A stretch of DNA of 64,000 bases from Orbicella franksi (taxonomy: Eukaryota): NCBI GenBank assembly GCA_964199315.1, contig OZ116706.1:28520001-28584000 (forward strand), read 5' to 3'. Shown here piece after piece: positions 13,257 to 23,571 of this stretch. A model generated the notes under the pieces. The model saw only the letters and a list, made by a program, of their open reading frames with translations, did no database searches and had not been told where the DNA came from. Position 1 is the first letter of the stretch. Each line of letters begins with the position of its first letter. The position numbers and the translations under genes are program-made.

Positions 13257-15628
13257 ACAATTATGAACCAGTCATCCACCACATAAAATGTTTTAACATT
13301 TAATTTTCTACTTTTCACAGAAATTATCTCTTAATAAACTGTTTTAAGTCAAGGAGAACAACATTAAGTATTTACACAACATGCAGGTTTATGTTTAAAC
13401 CTTGACCAACACTTGCAAATACATAATCATTTTTAAATCTTTATGTCACAACTATAAAAATAAATCAGCGGGGGAGGGGGTGAAACCCCTTCCTTAAGTT
13501 TAAGGCCCAGTGGAGTGAATTTACATTGAGTACTAATTTATGTGGATGTTTATTTAGTTTTAAATTTTACTCCTATAACAGCATTACAACCGTGTTGCTT
13601 AATATATGTACACAAAACAACCTATATTTACAAAACTTTTGTTCTAAGTGATAATATTGGAGTTTTAACCGCTGTTAATAAAGGGTAGATGATGACGTAT
13701 CGAACTGTTTGTCTGTTATTAAAAACATTTATTTGAGATTCGTGGCTTCATTTTAATATTTACGATATTTTTACCTTAAGAGCAAGAACAATACGTGTAC
13801 TGAATTCATGGGCAAGGAGGAAAGTCAACAACAAGAAAAAACCACTTTTGAAAAAAATTCCTTTGAGCAGGATAATTTGGAAAACTATTCTCAGTCATAA
13901 GTAATTTTTTGACAAAAGAGGTACAGCGTCAATTCTATAATTCCTTTCAATCACTAAAATTTCCTGTCATGTTCTTCAAAGCTTCCAGAACAGACATCCA
14001 CATCACGAAAATATAATTCATTATCAAGTACCAAAATCCAACCTTGCAAGGGAAACCCCCAGTGGAGAGATTCCCATATTAAAAGGGATGGGGGCACTTG
14101 TCATACCTTTTAGGGGTTAAAAAGATGTTTTAGTTCCACTTACAATGTTCAGCTTTAAAAGGTCCTCAGTAGGAGCTTTTGTGGTCCCTTTTAGGCAGGA
14201 GCCCAGGAGCCCCTCCTGCTTTTAGGGTATTGAACCGAAAAAATATGACAGGAGATGATGTGTTGTTTACAATTGCTACCTCTTAGGGGTTCTTTTCAAA
14301 ATTTCTTACGAGCATCCCCACCCTTTTTACATGGGAATCCACCCCCCCTGGGGAGGAAACCTTGCAAGGTTGATCTTTCAAAAGTACTCGACAATTATAA
14401 GAACTTGAGTCTAACCTAAAGTTCATGTGGATAAAACCATTGTGTGTCAACTATCTATCATCTACTATCAGCCATCAGTAATAAGTAGCTGGAGGTCATC
14501 TCCAAAGAAGAGAAGTTTTCTCATTTCTCCTAAGTTTCTGAGCAAGATTAAAGAATACTGAGAAGACTAAAACAAGAAAATTTACTATTACAAGACTAAA
14601 AAACCTCAGAATTGTTGAATGAACTAATGAGCATGTGTGTACAGGTGCAACATTAAAAATAATGAGTACTTAGTCTGTGCACGATTTTGCAACAGAATGA
14701 AGTTTAACACTCCTCAATAAACAGTATGAAGAAAAATAGCTTGAAACTATTACTTGAACTGGAAATTTAGAATTCTTCAAAAGCAATATTACATTATTGG
14801 GTCTTGAATTCTACAAAGCTAATAATGTAATTGTTTATTACCCCAATATCGACTTAGGTAATACATTTTTCTGTAACACAATGTCAACATCAGTTTTTCA
14901 CTGCTGTAAACTTGATGCAAGAGGAGCCTTTGGTAGTCCATAAAAACTAACTCTTGTTAGTACATTTCTTCTGAAAAAGTTGCTTGCTGCTATTTCAGAT
15001 TTCAATCGATTTTTGTTTAGACCTCAGCAAATGCAAAATGAAAGTTGACCAAATATAATTTAACCTTTGGCTGTGACCTTATATTACTATTTAGTACAAA
15101 TCTGCTAGTGTTCTATCATGAATGCCATTCTCTTATTGGCTACCTGAATCACTATCTATTCTGTTGTAGATACTGAGGAGCCTAGCAGTGGGTGCTTGTT
15201 AACAAAATGGCAACCACTTCTCAGCATTTTTGAAGTGTCTGCGAAGGGGATTTAGATTAGGTTTTGAATGACTGGTTGATTTACACGAAAACATTGAGAT
15301 TACACACTCTTGATTTCTATGAATCATAGCTGACTTGAGCTGCACTCCATACACTATCACATGATAGAAATCTTGAGCTCATGATCTAATTGTTAAATAG
15401 AACAACCCAAGCTTTCCAAAAATATTCCTAAAAAACTGATGGCAAAAAAAAAAAAAAAAAAATGCCCGAGAAAGATAAACCTTGAGATGAACATTTGCAG
15501 TGATGACTTTATTTCTTGAAGAAAGTTATAGTTCAGTTGTACAATATACACTGTACAACTTGGTTTCAAATCTTGTCATATTTTCTACAAGAGAAATATT
15601 AAAACCAGAACAAGTATATGAAATTCCA

Positions 15629-15782
15629 GTGTCTCAGAAACTAAGACCTAGGAACTAAGACCTTGTTGTTGAGATTTGGAGGGGGTCCTAGGTCTGAGTT
15701 TTTGGGATTCACAGGGGGTCTACGGTCTTAGTTTTTGCGATTTGGAGAGGGTCTTAGTTCTTGGTGCTTAGTTTTTGAGACA
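15629..15782. mobile_element. Short MITE with subterminal AACTAAGACC repeats
   Basis: GTGTCTCAGAAACTAAG...CTTAGTTTTTGAGACAC. Confidence 0.65.
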
Positions 15783-16243
15783 CCCTGTGAAATTCTGAAA
15801 ACTAAACATTATTCATGAAATATTATTTCATCCTAGACATGAAGTAGATTAAATGGTTTTATAATATTGCATCATTTGATTTCTTTCAATAATCGCTTCA
15901 TATTTGGCATCACAAATGCCTCTTACCTGGAGCGTCCTCTATAACATATTTTACAATATTCCTAATAAAAACCTACCATTTTCCATTTGATTTTAAATAT
16001 ACACAGTTGGAAAACGTGAATAAATGAAGAGCAATATTTTAAAGTTTATTTCTCTTAACTAATGAATCTTTATGTAATTCATCTGATTACCCTTCACTTT
16101 TGTCTAATATATAATATGTGTGCATATAAATTAATGTACAAGTACATTACTGGCTTCCACTGCAGTCTCAGTCAATAATAGTTTCCTAAAAAAATGAAAA
16201 GAAAACCAAAACTTTAGTGTAGGTCAGTAAGTGGAAGGTAATA

Positions 16244-16920
16244 CAGTCGAACCTCCCGTACGTGACCACCCAAAATGCTATGCCTGTGTGGTCCCTTATG
16301 GGAGGTGATCACTTACGAGAGCTAAGTCAACCATATTCAATTAAAATTTTGCCTCATTAGCATATGGTAACTGCAGAGACTTACCCCATGTTTTACCCCT
16401 CTTATTCACGTGAAAAATCGGTTTTGGGAAAAACTCTGTTACTTCTCATTAAGAAATTTCCGTCTCTTGTACTACCCAGGAAAGCAATAATGTCATAACA
16501 CTTACTACGATTATCAGTTGAGTAAGGCGGGATGAATGTTTGGTCACCAAGTTGGTCACCAAGTTTGGTTTCTGTTGGTAACAACATCAACAGCCGTCGG
16601 TCGCCTGTCGCGTCGCCTACAATTTTGCACGCTTTGCTGCTAATTGACGTCAAAGCCGGACAAGTTGCCAACGGATACGGAGCCAGTTGCTCGTGACAAC
16701 AACACGATTTTTACGTTAAAACTTGGTGACCAAACTTTCGTCCCGCCTTACTCAACTGATAATCGTAGTACGTGAGGTTAAAAACAAAAGAAAAATTTCA
16801 AACTTTTAGCTCTAAAAGTGGTCGCGGTCGCTTGCGGGAGATGGTCGCTTACAAGAGGTTCCAAATATAGTGATTTGACTGGGAAACTTTTGGAGGTGGT
16901 TTCAACCAGAGGTTCAACTA
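16244..16920. mobile_element. Tc1/mariner-like MITE containing a nested TIR element (16501-16772)
   Basis: TA-CAGTCGAACCTC...GAGGTTCAACTA-TA outer ends; inner ~53-bp inverted repeat CTTACTACGATTATCAGTTGAGTAAGGCGGGA.../...TCCCGCCTTACTCAACTGATAATCGTAGTACG. Confidence 0.7.
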
Positions 16921-18507
16921 TATGAAAAGAACGGGGCTTACATTGTACCCTTTCACTTAGCTAACAGAGATTTTCACAGTCTGTTCTCAGTAAAATGGAA
17001 TTCTCCAAACTAAAACCAAAGGAATATGTAGAGTTCGGTTGAGAGAAACTGGAGTATATGCTATCATTTGAAATAAGAGAAAACCTATTTCACCTGTGTA
17101 CTGAGAATATAACACCACAGAAAAAGCTCATATAAATAATCACATTTTCAGTACTGACACCATCTTTTCAATATTTGTAGGACACAAAAATACCTCTTAA
17201 AAAACTCAAATTGTTAGTTACATACCCCAATGTAAAAAGACCGTTCTGCCTGAGAGACCAAGGCTAGTGGATTTTGCGGTCAGGTTACCAGATCCTATTC
17301 TTTACTTGCACAATGAACAAGTGAAGTTTTTTGGTGTAAAATATAGGAAAATTTGAATTACAGAATTGCTATAAGAGGTCAAAGAATTGTCTTAATATTA
17401 ATTTTTAATTAATTAATTAATTAGACTGTCGGGCTGGTAGATACCCCACAAAGTCTTTTGCACATCCCTTTCACAGCAGGTCTCTGAGAAGTTCCCAGAA
17501 CAAAAATACAGCTGTATGTTTTGGTTTGATTTGTGCTACAAAGTGTTCCATGATAAAAGGTGCCAGAAAAAGAAAGAAAGAAAGAATGAAAGAAAACAAA
17601 CCCTGATTCCATCGCAGTTATAAGATCCACTTTCAGACATTGGATCCTGCAACAGGAAAATTGTACAACTAATTAACTCCACACATCAGTGAATCTATAA
17701 CCAGTTGCACGATTTCTTGCATTGGTTTCATTATGAGATCAGACTCATTTCTGTTTCTGGGTCGAGAGTAGTTTCATTGCTTGCTACAAGACTATTTCTG
17801 TCACTGGGTCTAAAATTTGAGTTTAAAATTACTTTTGTCAAAGGGGTCAGCTTTGTTTTTATGTTGGGTTCAAAATTATTTTTATTACAGGGGCCAGAGT
17901 TCTTCAGCTGCCAAGTTCAAACTTATTTTCATTGCAGGGGTCAGACAGGTTTTGTTGTCGATGGAAAATTTATTTTAATTTTCTTCTGCAGGGGTCAGAC
18001 TAGAGATTATGTGTTTTTGGGTTAAAAACTATTTTCTCAAGAGGTCAGAGTTCTTTCTTTGTTGCAGGGATCACAGTTGTTTGGTTTCTGAGTTCAAAAT
18101 TACTTTTGTTGCAGGGATCACAATATTGATTTGATGCAGGTACTTTTCTGCTTGATTACAAAGACAAATTATTACTACTAATAGCAAATTAAATATAAAA
18201 TGAACTGCTGGTAAATCTAAATTATAGTTCAACATTAAAATAATACTTATGGCCTTTCACACTTTGTCATGAAACAAAGGAATTATCAGTTAAGCTATTA
18301 TTTCTGTTTTGAACAAAGCAAACATAGGATACCCTCAGCATTTCTTGACCCATTTTTCCTTGAAAATGGAGCGCAAATTAACGGAACAAATACAGGACAC
18401 TGGTTTTCAATTTAACTGAAGGTTACATGCAAAAATTCAGACACTTCTGAACAAAACAAAATTGACCTAAAATGGTACAAACTTCCATTTTGCACCAATA
18501 CCTTCAA

Positions 18508-21500
18508 TTATTGTAACAAATTTGAAGGCTGGAACATCGCAATGATACATACCGTTCTCCTTCCAGTGAGGAGGTATGTGGTGATATGACCTTTGCCTTT
18601 CACTGGAATGGTTCCGCGACGTTCAAACGTGAAGAATTCATCAAGAAGTTTCTTTGATGCCTCACTGACCTGTATTCTGCCCTTAACCCCAGTTGAGTCC
18701 ATTCTGCTTGCGATATTCACAGTGTCGCCCCATATGTCATAAAGAAGCTTTGTCGAGCCAATCACACCAGCAGTAACGGGTCCAGCGTTGAAACCCACCC
18801 GTAAGAGAAACTCGAATCCGAGCATGTGCTCGTTAAATCTGTCTACTACCTTGATCATTCCCAGGGCAAATTCAACAAGCTGCTTCAAATGGTCATAAGG
18901 ATGGGTATCCTTTTTAACACAACCTTCTGGGTAAAGACCCGCTCCAGCCATGAAGGTTGATCCGTTGACTGTCTTGATTTTCTCAACTTGGCTGAACTGA
19001 GTTTTATCTGACAGAAGATCATCAAAGTCACCAACAAGTTCATTCAAGACTCTGATGCACTCCTTGCCTCCTTCAAAGTTCTCCTCGTAGAAGTCTGAAA
19101 AGTTCACTATTGATGCAAAAATTACTCCAACATTCTCATAATTGCGAGAATAATGACTTGACAGTTTCAGTGCATCTGCAACGTGTTTGGGAAAGATGCT
19201 TTCCAGCAGCCAAGCAGCTTGCTCTTTGTGAGTTTGTGCTTTGCGTTTGTCTTTTGCGGCTTCCTCATCTCCACTGAAGTTACGGCGCACACTCATTTCT
19301 AGCTGACGGTTTAATACACACACAAACACCAGGAGTAAACCAATGCATATCATAATTTCGGGGCCTAAACGGCCATTTTTCCGCAGTACTTCATCAGGAG
19401 TGCCCTCAACAACTGGTTGAAATGCACAAAAGTTATCATAATTTAGGAAAATAATGTAGGCAATAGAAAACACAGCTGCAAGTCCAGTCTTCATCCATGA
19501 TGTGAGTTGAGTGAAATTAGAGAAATGTAGCAATGCAACAGCGAAGATTAAAGAGTAGAAGTCTCTTGCTCGCGGATTAGAAAGTTCCCCGCAGTTCATA
19601 AAGTTTGCAAAAAGTGTTCCCATGGGTAGACACATAAGAAGCGCTCCTATAAGATGACTAATGAACCAGCCGCTTATGTAACCTACAACGCTGTTGACAC
19701 AAGCTGAATACATTTGGGGAAAGGCACGGGCAACTGTCAAGAAAAACAATGTTATTTCTATAAGAAGTGAGATTGGAGACAAGATGATTACTACTATCTG
19801 TACAGGCTGGTAGAGAGGGAAGCCCAAAATCATAATGACAAGGTATATAATGTTAGAAAGTAATACATCTATAAAGAAGTTGACTCTGGGAGACGCAAAT
19901 GTGGTGACAGAAGGATTGAGCAAAGTGCAGTCCTGCCCTTCATTTTGATATCTTCTCTCAGTTTCTTTGTCATGGAATTGTAGTGTACACTGATTCATCG
20001 ACCTGTGGAAATACTCATCACCAGCTCTTTCTTGACTCATCAAGCTAACCAGCTGCTGGTCATTGTTTGTACGAAGTGTGTCCCTCATTAATGCTTCATT
20101 GAGCGACAAGCCCAAAACTTGTGAAGAGCGTTGGTCTTCGGGAACTCTTCCATTAGAATCTTCGTCATCATCGTCAGATTTGATAGAAGTTCCAGAACAG
20201 TTACTATAATATTCCATTTCAATGACATCATGTTTGACTTTGAGGTTACCCTTCAGGACCTTGGGACCATTGTCAGAGCTTGATTCACCTTGACTAGAAA
20301 TGTTTGAGTCAGAATTGAACATTACATCCGATGACGTGACCTGTTCGGAGATCTTGACATGTTTCTTCCTTTCTTGAGGACTGCTGTGATGAGAAGCATT
20401 CATGGTGACATTGATAGAATTGAGGTTCGTGGACTTCTTTCCACGACCACTGGGATGAAGCAGGTTCATCGGCTTTTTCATACCATTTTTACGACCGACA
20501 ATAAAGTACGTCTTGATACCTTCCAAGCCTTGATAACGTGAGCTTGCATTGCCATCCTCCACAATATAGTGACCAGCAAGAAACTTCAATGTTGTTTCTG
20601 TGATGTGGACACGTCCAGGTGATCCAGCTGTTTCCATACGATTTGCCAAGTTTACGTCATTTGACCAAACATCAAACTTAAAGCGCAGCGTACCAACTAT
20701 GCCACAGAGTACTGTCCCTGTATGGACACCCACTCGCATGTCGACTTCATTCTTGGTGTCCTCATCAAACTCCTTGATCTGCTCCAGCATGTCCAGTCCC
20801 ATCTCCACACAGTTGAATGCATGATGTGCAGTTGCTTCTGGACATCCAGCGACACAATAATAACAGTCACCCAGAGTACTGATTTTCTCACAATTGTTGA
20901 TTTCTGTGAGGCGATCAAAACGCCCGAAGAGATCGTTCAGAAGCCTAACCAATTGCTCAGCGGATTTGTCAGAGGACATCGTGGTGAAGCCGACGATGTC
21001 CGCGAAAAGAATACTGACATTTTCCATGCGATGCATTTGAAACGGTCGGAACACCATCTGCCCTTTGTTGCGGCGTTTCTTTTTGCCATTAGAACTGTCT
21101 TTGGGATCTTCTTCGGTTTCTTCGTCCAAATGAAGCAGTTCTTTCGCAACAAGGTCCGGCATTACCGATCGTATCATCTGCTCTTTCACCTGTTTCTCGA
21201 TTTCTAAGTCACGGCGAGCAACGACGCATTGACCGACCTTCCAGAAGGTGCTTCGTTCACGAACCTGGGCCGTGAAAAAGATCTGGATTCCAAACAGATG
21301 GATGCACATGTGTAAGATAAGGCGGCAGATGATTTCTAGCGGCCGGTTGCCGCTTCCCTTTTCGGAGATGACCACATCAGAGAGGACTTCATGAGCGACG
21401 GAAAACGCAACTGTCATTAGAATGCAGATGTACAAATGAAGCGAGTGGATCATGGTATAAATCAGCATGATCACACAGGTACACATGGAGAACCGTGCCG

Positions 21501-22002
21501 GGTTCGTAAGAGCCTTCGGAAAAGCGAAAAGAGATAGTTCCATGGTGATCAATAAAACAGACGAGAGCAGTGAAATTAAAGATGCACATTTCTTGTACAA
21601 TTTGCTGAATTTAGTAAACAGTATCAAGGCGATGACCAGTGCCAAAAAAACCCCGTCTCCGATCAAGATCTTGATGCCTTCATCTCTTCTCCAAACCGCA
21701 AAAAAAATCCCCCAAGTGACACTAAGGATGCAGACATACATTAGCGCGCGGACCAGACGCCTTTGATTGTGAGCGGTAAAACGCTGGAACTCTTCTTCCA
21801 AGATTTCCGAGTCGAATGAGGGCTTCCACCACTGAGAAGAAGCTCGCTCAAAAAACAAGGGAATACAGCCTTTTTTCGGCCGCGTATCGACCTGCGAAAA
21901 AGATCGCTCCTTCTTCACCGTGGCGTACGAGGGCTTTAACTCTACGCTCATCGACTCCGGGTCGGTGCTGATCGAGTATCCAGACCTTTCTTCGCCGGCC
22001 AT
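18508..22002 (-). CDS. ADCY9: Adenylyl cyclase type 9-like; one giant coding exon (possibly further small 3' exons)
   Basis: Uninterrupted ORF; first ATG at 22002 (MAGEERSG; the ORF-track start is GTG). Two multi-pass TM blocks, C1 (SILFADIVGFT, STLGDCYYCV, MRVGVHTG, FDVWSNDVNLANRME) and C2 (GVIFASIVNFSDFYEENFEGGKEC, YDIWGDTVNIASRMDSTG, VKGKG). WWKPSFDSEILE and YEENxEGGKEC are AC9-subfamily-like. A possible donor ACG|GTATGT lies at 18553/18552. Confidence 0.93.
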   Translation of the reverse strand: MAGEERSGYSISTDPESMSVELKPSYATVKKERSFSQVDTRPKKGCIPLFFERASSQWWKPSFDSEILEEEFQRFTAHNQRRLVRALMYVCILSVTWGIFFAVWRRDEGIKILIGDGVFLALVIALILFTKFSKLYKKCASLISLLSSVLLITMELSLFAFPKALTNPARFSMCTCVIMLIYTMIHSLHLYICILMTVAFSVAHEVLSDVVISEKGSGNRPLEIICRLILHMCIHLFGIQIFFTAQVRERSTFWKVGQCVVARRDLEIEKQVKEQMIRSVMPDLVAKELLHLDEETEEDPKDSSNGKKKRRNKGQMVFRPFQMHRMENVSILFADIVGFTTMSSDKSAEQLVRLLNDLFGRFDRLTEINNCEKISTLGDCYYCVAGCPEATAHHAFNCVEMGLDMLEQIKEFDEDTKNEVDMRVGVHTGTVLCGIVGTLRFKFDVWSNDVNLANRMETAGSPGRVHITETTLKFLAGHYIVEDGNASSRYQGLEGIKTYFIVGRKNGMKKPMNLLHPSGRGKKSTNLNSINVTMNASHHSSPQERKKHVKISEQVTSSDVMFNSDSNISSQGESSSDNGPKVLKGNLKVKHDVIEMEYYSNCSGTSIKSDDDDEDSNGRVPEDQRSSQVLGLSLNEALMRDTLRTNNDQQLVSLMSQERAGDEYFHRSMNQCTLQFHDKETERRYQNEGQDCTLLNPSVTTFASPRVNFFIDVLLSNIIYLVIMILGFPLYQPVQIVVIILSPISLLIEITLFFLTVARAFPQMYSACVNSVVGYISGWFISHLIGALLMCLPMGTLFANFMNCGELSNPRARDFYSLIFAVALLHFSNFTQLTSWMKTGLAAVFSIAYIIFLNYDNFCAFQPVVEGTPDEVLRKNGRLGPEIMICIGLLLVFVCVLNRQLEMSVRRNFSGDEEAAKDKRKAQTHKEQAAWLLESIFPKHVADALKLSSHYSRNYENVGVIFASIVNFSDFYEENFEGGKECIRVLNELVGDFDDLLSDKTQFSQVEKIKTVNGSTFMAGAGLYPEGCVKKDTHPYDHLKQLVEFALGMIKVVDRFNEHMLGFEFLLRVGFNAGPVTAGVIGSTKLLYDIWGDTVNIASRMDSTGVKGRIQVSEASKKLLDEFFTFERRGTIPVKGKGHITTYLLTGRRTVCIIAMFQPSNLLQ

Positions 22003-23069
22003 TTCAGGGTACAAGAGAAGACAGCTTGCTTTTCGAGGCTTCCCGGTGTTGATCACCTCTTCGAAATCACCTCGCTAGCACTTTCAAGTCATTTTTAAAG
22101 CACTCGGGACGTATCCATCTCTAAATACTATCCTATCTGACGGGCGTACTCCCTTTACAGCATCAGTACGGAATTCAAGGATTTTCCGAGCGAAAACTCT
22201 CAAACCAGCGACTGTAAACTTCATGTGAAGAAAACATACACGCTCCACTGAGACCTTTTTTTCCGAGGTGGCGTACATCACGTGATCACTAGCTACACGT
22301 GATAGCGTTTCGTGTTGTCTAAGTGGTTGTCAGGTTTCCTGAGTTATTTCTGAAGGGTGGTGTTTGGCATAAAAGAACAGCCAGTTCGAGATGCGGTCTA
22401 TTTTTAGCAAATTCTTCGCATTGTGGTCATGCATGCTAAACCACTTGTACTTTCGACGAAAACAAATAGGCTACTAATGGGTGGTTTCGACTTTCAAAGC
22501 TGAATAAATTAAACACCTGGGGTCTGTCTCGCGGGACAAGAAAGAGTTCGAACTAGGCTAGCAAACGAAAATGAAAAAAAGTAAAAGTTTTATCCCAAAT
22601 CACTGGGTAGAAATGAGTTGATTTTAAATGTACTAATCAACTAGCCAAAGCCAAGGCTCTCAATGACATCTCTCAACAAATTTGAATCTACTAGCTACTC
22701 TATCACTTCCCCTAGTTTTGGTGCATGTTGCCTCTTTACGACTCGGGTTGTTGGACAAAAAGTTTGACTTCTGAAAAACCAGAATGACCAATTATAGGTC
22801 TCTAAGAAGGACAAGTCCATACAAAAAAAGGAAGAAAACAGTATTAGCTTCCCATCGTAGCCAGGGCAAGGCTGAGTTGTCCGTGTTATAGCTTATTATG
22901 GCTCTAAAGGCTTCCGTACGGACCCGGACGTACGAACAGGCCCGATCGCCGACCTGACTCCAAACAATACAGGGAACCACTCCCTTCAAATCAATTTCTT
23001 TCTTGACAAAGTACATTTACTCTCCGTAGCTGTGAGATGGCACTGTTACGTATTACTGAAAGAACTATA

Positions 23070-23571
23070 TCATAATATGAATTCGAATGATACTGCTTTT
23101 ATTTTCTTGACTGCTTGTAGTATAGATGCCGTGTAGATATCAGATTCTAGAGACGCAATACGTTTGTCCCATATATAGTTCTCTAGGATGCGGTTAAGCA
23201 GTATATACTGCCTAGAAATTAAACATTTAGTAATTGCGTCTGGGATGATCGTAAAAGTAGGGCAAACAAAATAATTCGCCTTTTTTCAGAGAAATCTTGA
23301 CGATAGGAGCACTGAGGTATTTTGAACCGTCCCCTGAGGAAAACACGCAAAAGAACCCATTGAGTTTGACAAAAATCTTTGCAGAATATCAAAATTGTTG
23401 ACACCAGTAGCCTTTTTTAGTCGCCGGTCCAAAATTCGTACATGGCGACTGAGCAAACAAAGTAATTGCTGGGAGTGATAAACAGATACTTACTTCAGTT
23501 ACGCGAGCTGGTTGACTCCGTTGAACAGGAAAACTAGCCAAAGCGACAATAAGTACCACTTTGAGGAACAT
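23070..23571 (-). CDS. Candidate small secreted protein (~105 aa, 4 exons) or decayed gene
   Basis: Hand-built model 23571-23494, 23448-23405, 23333-23280, 23211-23070: MFLKVVLIVALASFPVQRSQPARVTE|SPCTNFGPATKKGYW|GRFKIPQCSYRQDFSEKR|QYILLNRILENYIWDKRIASLESDIYTASILQAVKKIKAVSFEFIL*. Signal-peptide-like start, good acceptors, phases agree. It needs a 45-nt intron, a weak GT donor and a GC donor. Confidence 0.3.

Noticed and set aside
14455-14532. Possible terminal exon GEMRKLLFFGDDLQLLITDG* on the minus strand
   Set aside because: Phase 1 entry does not match any upstream candidate; no homology recognised.
20359-21766. Several overlapping short ORFs inside ADCY9
   Set aside because: Alternate-frame or antisense shadows of the real CDS.
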